Positions 1 to 10,013 of a stretch of 64,000 bases of DNA are shown in pieces. Numbering within the stretch: the stretch's first letter is position 1; each line of letters opens with the position of its first letter. A program made the translations under genes and the position numbers. The notes under the pieces are model-generated. The model did not search any database, had not been told where the DNA came from, and was given only the letters and a program-made list of their open reading frames with translations. The stretch is from Tubiluchus corallicola (Eukaryota; Animalia; Priapulida), in the NCBI GenBank assembly GCA_030141605.1, contig JAQGDQ010000096.1:558001-622000 (forward strand), written 5' to 3'.

Positions 1-174
1 TGCCAATTAAAATATTATTATTAGACATTAGAGTAAGAACTGCAGAACTTGATCTACTCCAGTCAGTTTTCAAGAATTTTCTCCACTATTTGCAAAGATG
101 CAAAGCTTAATCTTCATACATAATACCAAGGGTAGGATGCTGTACATTGTGCAGGGTATTTCCCAGGTCATAAA
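1..174. repeat. Dispersed repeat, copy 1 (second copy at about 3274-3441)
   Basis: Near-identical text attattattagaca(t/c)agagtaagaactgcagaacttgatc...gtatttccca(g/c)gtcataaa at both places. Confidence 0.85.
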
Positions 175-369
175 CCAAGGTGAGATTTCGCAGGCAATAT
201 AACTTTTCACGTCATAAAACCATAAGTCCATAACCACACAATATAATTTCTAAGAAGCAGTAATTTGTATCTTATGTACAAATGAGTGCTATTTATAAAT
301 ATGAACATACATTTTTTCATATTGCGCTGAACAAATAACAATAATTAGTTTGATTTCCACATAGTTTAC

Positions 370-3300
370 CTTTCGTTTCAAGAACAGGCACACAATTATC
401 CCCACAGCATTTACGACTAGCCACACAACTCCAACAGCAAAGAGATTCAGGCCTTTAAAAAACACAAAATAAACTCAATTGTCAAGTAGGATAAAGTGTT
501 AACAGTACAGAATTCAGTCACCCAAGGAGCAATAATAACCAGTGATATAAAATTCCGAAAATATATCACAAAACATCCCAAATGGCTTTAGTCATTAATT
601 TTTTACTTCAATTATTTAATTCTAGTGAAAAATTTTACAATTATGAGCTTCTAATAGTGCACATTATTGACATTATTCAGAGTTAAACCAAGGTACAGTT
701 GTCAATGATCAATAACTAAGAAATGCGCAGTGTTTTCTTACCAATAATCCGTGTAGCTTACATAAGCATGCCTACATGTAACTTTACTCTAATGTACAGT
801 TATTTGTGGTAATGAATGATGGCTATTCAATAATTCACAAGGCATTTGTATTACCTAGGCTGCTGCTGATGTCACAGCAGTGAATGACGCAAAATTTAAA
901 CTTGTCGTATCATCCACATTTTCAAAATATAGTAATCTATTCTATTAAACAGTATAATGAATTCCTCAGCAAGTTTTGCAACCTTTTCCACTCCAATATG
1001 TAGGCAAAAACAACTACAAAAACACTGCCTAATTAACATCTTTCTTAGTTTATATTACTGTTTCAGTGGTTGTAAACACAAGTTTCCGCATCATTCAATG
1101 CAACTAGAAATGACGCAAAAGATTTTTACACAGAAATATTTTTAGAAAATGTCGCATATACCTTTTAATCCAGAAAAAATGAGAGCGAATAACACAACAA
1201 AACTGAAAAGTAACCAGATGACGATGATGCGTCGATAGCACATGGAATAGATGCCAAACCGATGATCATTGACGAGGAATGACACAGCCATTGAGAAACT
1301 GTCACGACCCAACTAAAAGCAAACAGCAAATGCACATTCATGATGACACAACAGTAAAGCATTGTAAAGGAAAGAAATTCAACAAAGGATAAAGTAGACG
1401 GTCCTTGAGACAAGTTTATGAAAACAAAATTTGATTCAAGGAACCTTGCAGTTTTCTTACATAGGTAAGAAATTTCACACAATCAAGCAATCAATGGCAG
1501 GCACTAACTTAAAATGGATGGTAATGGTCAAACTAGAATCTAGCTCAATATCAAGGATGATCATCTAAAATGAGACACTGAAACAACAGACATGCCTCAG
1601 CTATGTTTGTATTTGTATGGGAACACATTCTCCTTCTATAAGGTAAATAGCCAGAATCAGTATGGCAAATGAAACCAGTGAAAGCCAGTATTAACCCAGC
1701 GGTCACCCACCCATTCAATGACTAGATGACATTGCTTAGCTTCCAATGCACATAATGTGCTATTCCTGTGGTGCAAACATATAAAAGAATTAGTAGACTC
1801 AGCCCAGCACAGTTGCCAGACAGTATTGATGGGAATCACAATGGATTGATGAATTTTAGTTGGCTTGTATGACTATTAACTACTTATGTCTGGATCATAT
1901 TTGGCAGCACAGGCTAAAACTTAGCACCTTGTGTCACCAGAGCTGCTACAGGTCACATTTCAAAACTCAGATGACGAAAACACATTTCAGTGGCATTATT
2001 GATTATTGATAAAAATAGTTTGAGCTACGGCATAAAACTGGTAGTGTTTTCCTTTAAACAAGAACACTCAGCTTTACTGCAATTGAAGTCCAAAGTCCAA
2101 CCTAAATTAGTGTAACCAGCCCTTCTGTACAATTGTGAAAAAAGGGACAGCTACGAAGTTACGACTAACTGTAGCTACTCACCCCAATCTGGTCGGACAA
2201 AAGTTTGTCTGGTACATCTTCTGGATCGAACGTGGCCTTTGTTACCCAAACACACTTTCCTTCTTTTGCATAAACTGTTTCTATATGTTTACCATTCTCT
2301 AATAATGGATATAATTAATCATTAATTGTTTAAGTTAGAGCACTGGGTAATTAAACAGGCCAAGGTTAAAGCATCATTTCACTGCAGCTTCACTGTGCTA
2401 CTATTGGAACAGATACGGATGACAGAGAACAGTTCCTTTAGGGAAAATAAGCAAATATTAAACAGACAAAACAGATCAAGCAAAAGTTTAATGTAGTACA
2501 TTAGTTTAAGTTCAGGTATGTAAGTTTGGGACAAATCTTTTCATTTGACAGCTGACAGGTAAATTATTTGATACGAATAATACTAAACAAGGTCAATGGC
2601 AATTCAGACTATATTTGCTAATTAATATCTGCTAAATTAATTTGTTCGGTTTAGCTAATCCAGTGAGATGAAACATAGTTTTGCAAAACAAATTAGCCAG
2701 TTAAGAAGCTAAATCAAAACATAAATGTCCCATAAACAAGGTTTCACAGCTCCTTCTAAGCCTGTATTTCCAAACTTATAAAATAAAAACCCTTCACAAA
2801 GGAAATGCTACACAATTAGCTAGGCAAAGTCATAGTGCAAGTTACAATACATAACTTTGACCATGGACAAGAGTTAAAGCACTTCTAACTCACTGTACAC
2901 ATAGACAGACAGATGTAATCAGTTGCTTCAGTAGATTATCTATCTATATACATAAAGACGAAAATTTGTGTGTGTTTGTCCTTCTGTTCTTTATTCATGC
3001 CCATGTGCTGCTACCCTCACATACGGCATACCATGAAAGCCAGCACTGCCACTGGACGGTTTTAGGCTGTCAACTTAGTTCACTGCTACCTGCCCCCCTC
3101 GGTTACAGACAAAATAGTGTCCAAAACAGTACTATCTAGGAAATTTGAGAGGAAAAATTTTTTTCAAAAAAAAAGGATCCACCACAACTAACAAATAAGC
3201 TTCAATAAGATACTAGTGAACTGATGCATGTGCCAAAACTGGAACGATTTAGCATCATGTGTGTGGCACAGTGTGCCAAATATTATTATTAGACATCAGA

Positions 3301-5196
3301 GTAAGAACTGCAGAACTTGATCCATTCCAGTCAGTTTTCAAGAATTTTCTCCACTATTTGCAAGGATGCAAAGCTTAATCTTCACAAATAGCACCAAGGG
3401 TAAGATGCTGTACATTGTGCAAGGTATTTCCCACGTCATAAATCATTTTTCATTTTTCACAAACCATAAATCAGCTTTCAAAAAAAGTTAAGCTTTGTGA
3501 ATGTTTTAAGCTGAATTGTGGAATATTTAAAATCATTTGAAATCAAAGTTTGATTATTCCTCAGTGGTTAGCAGTAATGTTTTAAATTTTTTAATGCACA
3601 TTTTTCACGCTTTGTTTTTTCGCACTACTAAATTATCGCATAATTATCGATTATCATACAGTCTCTTTTTTGCATGGTATAACATATATGTAAGCGGCAA
3701 CACTACTTGGCCGTTAACAAACTGACTTGGTGGAAAATACAATACTTTTTAGCCTCCAATACAATAATCAGCATCTTACACAACGGCAACCCTAGATGAT
3801 AGTTAGCCACAGAAAAATGTTGCTGTGTCGTCGCCAAAACGATAAAATAATAATTATTGCGTTTTATGTCTTAAATTACAAAGATATGCTTTTATATGAC
3901 GGCGTCAGATAAGTATATGAACATACAAAAAATATAAAACTCTCCGCCGGGTATGTGACAAAAAATATTCCCGGCAATTAGATGGAAACAGAAGTACTTT
4001 TATTGTCTGTTTTAGCAAAACCACAAAGTTATAATGTTGAAATGTCACTCTCTTAATGCAGTTCTAAGTAATGGGAATGTGATAGTTTAAACATGTCATT
4101 GCTTTCTGATTTTGCTAACTATACATTTTAAACACAAATGAGGATGATACTAGATGAGTGTTGAAACATTATAATAATATGAATGTGTTTTATGCAATGA
4201 TGCTATGTCTGAAATTTTATTATTGCTGAGATTACAAAGATATCAATCTTTTTTTACTAGAATTAACTTGGTTTTCTTTTCAAACTTTATAGTAATTCAC
4301 ATATTACACAGAACTGAAATTGTAAGAGCTATGACATAAAACATTAATGCAAAGTATTATATCATTTTTTCTATTTCAAAAGGTCATGGAATAAACAGTT
4401 AACAAATTGCACACAAACTATTACCTAAACGAATAAAAATGAATAAAAAATGTGCATAGGAAACTCCCAAACTCCCAAAGTGACAGAAAACAGTGATCTT
4501 CCTATTCATAAACTCCACATAAAATTTTTAAAATGGCATTTACTTTCACCTAATTTAGATGGCAGTTGAATAGCTATGGGTTCAACTACTGAAACAGCAG
4601 AGGGGCGGTTTTAACAACTTACCTAAACGTTTGGACGAAGCCCTGCTCTGTCCACTACTAATTGAGCCACTGCTAGAATTCTTCAATATTCCCCGTAAAT
4701 TTGCACTAGCAGGTTTACTCACATCAGTCGTACTACTAGCCGTGCTAGGAGGTCCTGTTTTTAAGGGTGGTGCTGCAGATGAATTATTTCCTATTCTTTG
4801 TTCTTTGGTGGGACTTGCTTCGCGAGATGTCCCTTTCTTTTTATCGACGGTAATTTGTACCTGTGTAGCATCAATCGTGGCTCGGGACGGTTCTTCGTCT
4901 TTTGGTGAAGCTGTTGATGCTTGGCTTACGGGTGAACTTGGCTGTTCTGGAGATTTCTGCACAATTTTTGCAGGAGCAGCTGATTTTTTCAAATTTACTG
5001 GGAGTTGTCGAGGTTTTGCTCTCGGCTTGGCATTTTCATTCTGCTTTTGCTGCAGTCTTGCCTCGTCAAGACGGTCATCTTCGGGGGTCGGCAATGGTCG
5101 TTTTGGTATGGTATCTGGACTGTCGCTGCCGTCAGCTTTTTCTCGTGTTTCATCAAATTGCACCCATTCTTTACTTGAAGATTCTTCTTGCATCAT
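370..5196 (-). CDS. TMEM268: Transmembrane protein 268-like (TMEM268/C9orf91 family); 5' four coding exons, gene continues off the left edge
   Basis: Phase-compatible GT-AG exons 5196-4623 (MMQEESSSKEWVQFDE...disordered...SKRL), 2298-2183 (ENGKHIETVYAKEGKCVWVTKATFDPEDVPDKLLSDQIG), 1312-1162 (LGRDSFSMAVSFLVNDHRFGIYSMCYRRIIVIWLLFSFVVLFALIFSGLK) and 452-370 (GLNLFAVGVVWLVVNAVGIIVCLFLKRK). The two TM helices and the LVNDxRFxxYxxCYxR motif match invertebrate TMEM268 as I recall it. A probable non-coding first exon has its donor near 7439. Confidence 0.8.
1640..1790 (-). mobile_element. 5S rRNA-derived SINE (SINE3-like) fragment / 5S pseudogene
   Basis: Minus strand reads GGAAGCTAAGCAatgtc...tgggtgggtgaccgctggg..aatac, resembling the 5S A-box (AGCTAAGCA) and C-box (GGATGGGAGACCGCCTGGGAATAC). 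The adjacent body (agccagaatc(a/g)gtatggcaa.t.aaacca) recurs at about 34050. Confidence 0.6.
2937..3270 (+). mobile_element. Possible non-autonomous Helitron-like fragment
   Basis: Begins tctatctatatacataaagacgaaaatttgtgtgtgtttgtcc, typical of Helitron-N 5' ends. No convincing 3' hairpin or CTAG end was found. Confidence 0.35.
3274..3441. repeat. Dispersed repeat, copy 2 (of 1-174)
   Basis: Direct sequence match to positions 1-174. Confidence 0.85.
3515..4010. repeat. Dispersed repeat family shared with about 61575-61825
   Basis: ggaatatttaaaatca.ttgaaatca.agtttg.ttatt.c.ca.tggttagcag.aatgttttaaattttt and ccgggt.tg.ga.aaaaaatatt...gaaacagaag occur at both sites. Confidence 0.7.
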
Positions 5197-5400
5197 TTTG
5201 ACCTGGAAAATGATAATAATTTAATACAATAATACCAACAATTTATGTCTGCAAAATTTGTATTTTGAAAAGGGAGCAAAACCCTTTCAAAAAATCTGTT
5301 GTTTGGCTACTTTTCGCCACCCTAATTTCAAATGAGAATGGGATGGCCCTAGAACCGAACCAGTAATAGTTGGATAAAATTCTACTTTGACAGTCCACAC

Positions 5401-5682
5401 AAGTGTTCCTGTGCTGAAACACCGGAAGTGTCTCCATTCTTAAATATCAGAAGTGTTCCTATGCCAAAACACCAGAAGTGTTCCTGTGCTGAAACATCAG
5501 AAGGGTTCCTGTGCTAAAACACCAGAAGTGTTCCTGTGCTGAAACACCAGAAGTGTTCCTGTGCTGAAACACCAGAAGTGTTCCTGTGCTGAAACACCAG
5601 AAGTGTTCCCATCCTGAAACACCAGAAGTATTCCGGGCTGAAACACCAGGAGTGTTCCTATGCTGAAATAGAGAAGTGTTCC
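5401..5682. repeat. 25-bp minisatellite (aagtgttcctgtgctgaaacaccag), about 10-11 copies
   Basis: Directly visible tandem units, e.g. starting at 5526, 5551 and 5576. Confidence 0.95.
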
Positions 5683-7659
5683 CGTTGTGTTCCAGAAGCA
5701 CTGTTTTGTAAGAGTCTCAAGTGGAGAGAGCTAAATAGCAGTCTTAAGAAAGAAGATGCTGTGTAACTTATAATCTTTTTTTAATATTAATTTTAATAAC
5801 TTAATGATCTTCAATAATAAGTAAACAAAATAGCCATAGCTTTATTATTACATTCAATAAAGGAAAAGAAAATGGAATTTTAAAGTATGTCTCAAAAAAC
5901 TTTCCATGAAAAGTTATATTACTTAACATTATGCTTAGCTGTTTGAAAGAAAAAGAAAATTCTTAATAATTTAAAATGTTCATGCCACCTGGTAAAACAG
6001 CACTGCAGCACCATCCCAGTGCGCACCACTTGTTTACCAAAAAATACGTTATTTTCCTAAATTGCACTTCTGTCAGCAATATTGATGTGACGTTACCTAG
6101 GTCACAATACAATACATATCACGATACGATACGTATCTCAGTACACTTGAGTTAACGTTTGCAGACTTCATATGCTAAACATATTTTGTTAATCAACAAC
6201 CCACCAAGCTGTTTGACTTTTATTTATCGTTTGTGTGATATGCAGCCTATTGTTTGCATCGTAAGCCACCATAAAAGCAAAATTTATCAAAACTTTAGAT
6301 TTAAAAAGTTGTTTGTGCATTTTGCAAGTTTATAACATGAAAACAACGTAATTACGCTACTACAGACAAACACGTTATGTCTTTGTCTTTTCAGATTATC
6401 GCGATACAGGAGGACTTTGGCGAAATAAAAGATACCATGCATTGATTTATCGTTTTGGAGGCCTGGTCAAACAAGCGGGCAGTACTCTTTAATCTCCAAC
6501 TTTTTACCATAGCTACCAGTAATTAAAATAATGGTTAAAACAGTATCACAAGATTAATTATAATGATTTTAATTAATTCCAGATTATTTGCAATATCTTT
6601 GCATCCTTAAGCGCATATTAGATAAATTACAAATGTATATTTACCAGCTATTGAAACTAAAAATATGTTGAAATCAAAGACGAGTGAATAACAAAGGCAA
6701 AGTGATGTAAAAGATATTTGGCGTCATTCTGAAAGGAAGTTAAAAGACGTCGTTGATCTCACAAACCGACACTATTTATTGTTGTCTGCTTGCTCGCCAC
6801 TGGTGGTAAAGCGGATCGAGTGTATCCATGGTATCCTTATTAATAATGGTATCAGTAATACTGCTTATCTGTACATTAAACATTACTGGGCATTTACTGA
6901 TAACCAGGTAAACTTGTGTAACAGCAACAGCAATTTCACAATGCTTTGCTCAATGTGTTTCACGACTTAGCTAGGCTTATTTTATCTACATTCTATATCT
7001 TCACATCTCACACAGAAAGAATTTTTGTTGTGTTCTATATAAAATAAATATTATTTCACTTTATTCAAACCAGCTAATAAGCCATCGTTAATTCAATAAT
7101 ACTAAAATTACTATTACTATAATAGTATAGATGATTTCCACATCACTTAATTGGTTATTTGCTAATTAATTAGTGATCACTGGGAAATCAAACCTTTTAA
7201 AATACAGCAAAAACGACATGTAAGCTAGGAGCAGTTCTGTCATACAACGTTAACACTTACCGTTCACTTTGTTCTTCAAAATGCTGCAGCGTTTATCCGT
7301 TTAAATGTTTGCATTTCAATTTGTACAAGTTTGTGCCACAGAATGTTCACAAGTAAGGAATATGATTACATAAATCTTAGTTTACTCACAGTTTAAGAAA
7401 ACACGCGTAAAATTCGAAAAGTTTTTCTAATTTTCTTACCTGAGAAACTGAAAAAACACGAATTTACCTGTTCCGCTCACTCGCCACCTAACGTCAGGTA
7501 GTGTTGACAATTATCGGACATCCTCTAATAGTTGTGACTCATAGATAACGCCTTATATATCCATTTAAGAAGCCTACGGCAAGAATGATTTATTGTAATA
7601 ATAATTATGTCTTACCCAAAGAACTTGAGGACGTAAATGGTTAAGTATATATAAGTGTA

Positions 7660-7900
7660 CCTCTGCCAAAATTAATTCCCCTTGAAACTGTCGACTGATG
7701 AAGCACTGATGGTTGATGTGGAAGACGATTCCATGGCTGAACTACACAACACCCAAAGAAGTGAGACTTGATGTTGGTTCTAGCTAGTGCACAAGGTACA
7801 AATAACTTATACTCATGACTACGAAGAACACCATGAGGCCTCAGAAAATCTGTACCTCTGTTGCATTCATTTGGGTGAGAAAAACAAGAATCTCGTTCCA
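7660..7900 (-). mobile_element. CR1/L2-clade LINE 3' ORF2 fragment (degenerate)
   Basis: Translation LRSHEYKLFVP..ARTNIKSHFFGCCVVQPWNRLP matches the RGHxxKL...RxxFFSxRVVxxWNxLP C-terminal motif of CR1-type ORF2. Confidence 0.7.
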
Positions 7901-8039
7901 CAACACAATTAACTTCAATACGTTTGCCACTTATGATACAAAGCTGTTGATTTTCACCAAATTACAAAATCTTGTGACAGATGCGCTGCAGGAAGATACA
8001 ATTGATGCAAACTAGGCAACTCAGGTTCAATTCCAGTAA

Positions 8040-8230
8040 ATCTAACGTATGACCCTCCATCTTGGTTTGTGTGGTCCAGGTCATGATTATAGATAAATTG
8101 TAGTCACACACAACAAAAGAAAAGGATTTAGTGGTCCTAGCTGACAGTCAATTAAAGTTCTTAGTACATACTGAACTGCAAGTTGCAAAGGCGAACTCCA
8201 TATTGGGACGCTTTTAGGAAATCACATAGT
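8040..8230 (+). mobile_element. CR1-type LINE RT-thumb fragment (degenerate)
   Basis: Reads EKDLVVLADSQLKFLVHTELQVAKANSILG, like the CR1 EKDLGV.VD..LKF..H....KAN..LG motif. Confidence 0.6.
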
Positions 8231-9349
8231 AAACCTCGCGAAAGCATTACTAGCACATCTGGTCTGGTTGAGAACAAAAATGACTTTACAAATCGATTTG
8301 ATGAGCACTGGGCTGCCAATCGTTACTCTACAACCAAATCGAGCTTTTGATGGCTGTATTCAACATGCATGACTAAGTTTGTTGTCACTGTTCATTCCAA
8401 CTTGGTGCTTTTCTGTAACGTCTGTTTATTTTGATTTGGACACTAATGTTTCGGTGAAATAAAATAATCAGCCTAAAGTCCCAAGGACTAACATTAGAGC
8501 TGCAGAGAGGGTTAATGGTAAATTGTTGACATTGAGTGAAGATCAACATATGCGCAACACTCATTTGTCTATGTAGGGATGAGGTCAACATTTCAGTTAA
8601 GCAAATTTAGAGGAGCTCTCCAGAACTAAGAGGTTACGAAACAAAAGGAAGAGAGGCAGGCAATTAAGCTGGAGAGCACAGCATTTCAAAATCATAAAGC
8701 CATCATCACTACCAGATAATGTAGCCTTAAAATGTGTTAACTTAATAAGCTTATTATATGACACACTATTGATACTGAATTTAATGCCAAATGAAGCAAT
8801 ATATAAGCAAAACATCATCATCAAACTCATAAGTGAAGAAAGATGCAATAGCATGACTAAAATTACGTACTGTTGGTAAAATGTGTTTAGAACAAAAATC
8901 CTCAAAACAAACGTCCTTGCCATTGCCAGAATTTTTGCTTAACCTTCTTACAAGCCTATTTTCCTACATCATCCTTGCATGGCAAATGGATGACCTTAAC
9001 TGCTATGCCATCCTATGCTTTTGTATCCCATCCTATCCTGTCTGTGTAATACTTCTCAGGTCCGACCAACCTACTTCATTAGAATTATACCACCTGGGCA
9101 GTTGTCTATGATGCTACTAGTACTAGTACACACTATAAAGGCCTTATATAATTAAGTATGCAACATACAGCTACTACAATATACAAGTATCTTGGTGACA
9201 GGATTACAAGTAAAAACATGTATGGCGTTATTTTTAATGAAAAAAAGATAGAATGAAATAAAATGTAATAAAATGACCAATTGACATTATTGTCTAAAAT
9301 ATACAGAAATTTAAAAAGAAAAATTATATTTACGAAGAATGTGTAAATA

Positions 9350-9700
9350 AATAAGCTAAATGTATACGAAAATTAAATTAAATATGTTGGAATTAAAGTG
9401 TCACTTTAAAAGTACACAGGCAAGTCTTTTAATGTGCCTTGTGTGTAATACTTATGAAGCTACAACTGAATATTTATTAGTTTGCAGTTTCTTAAGACAT
9501 GTTTCGGGAGAGAGAGTAATGCCCGAGTTTTATATGATACGAATGTGGAAGTCATCAGAAGAATTACTATTTAATGAAGCTGTAAACAGTGTACATGTAG
9601 ATCCTGCAGTCGTTCCTAGTGGATTATTGCTTGCTGGCTATTGCGACGAGGATCAAGACTGAACCACCGAAGAAGGACTCGAGAACTCAGTCAGTTTGCT
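9350..9700 (+). mobile_element. Non-LTR retrotransposon 3' fragment with C-terminal zinc-knuckle remnant
   Basis: KIKLNMLELKCHFK...MCLVCNTYEATTEYLLVC resembles the CxxC...ETxEHxLxC tail of LINE ORF2. A related fragment lies at about 50440-50620. Confidence 0.55.
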
Positions 9701-10013
9701 TCTACAAATTACATAATTATTATCATTATAACTTCCAATTTAAATTTTATTTTTCTGTGCTTACAAGCTACACTGCTACAGCGTAACAATTTACAATATT
9801 TTTGATAATATTCGTTGTCTTCCAATATTGCTGATTACTAAAGTTTATGTTGTCATTAATAGATATGGTCGGATAATTTCACTAGACACGGAGAGTGACC
9901 ATCATGCGGCACAGGATGGAAGGCGAAGTGAAGTGACGATGCGGAGATTTTTAGTGAAGCGTAAGTCGTAACGTTGCGCATTAACAAAAAAGAATCAAGA
10001 AACCGCACGCGAA

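Noticed and set aside
4631-5224. 197-aa plus-strand ORF
   Set aside because: Antisense shadow of the large TMEM268 exon, with no independent motif or splice support.
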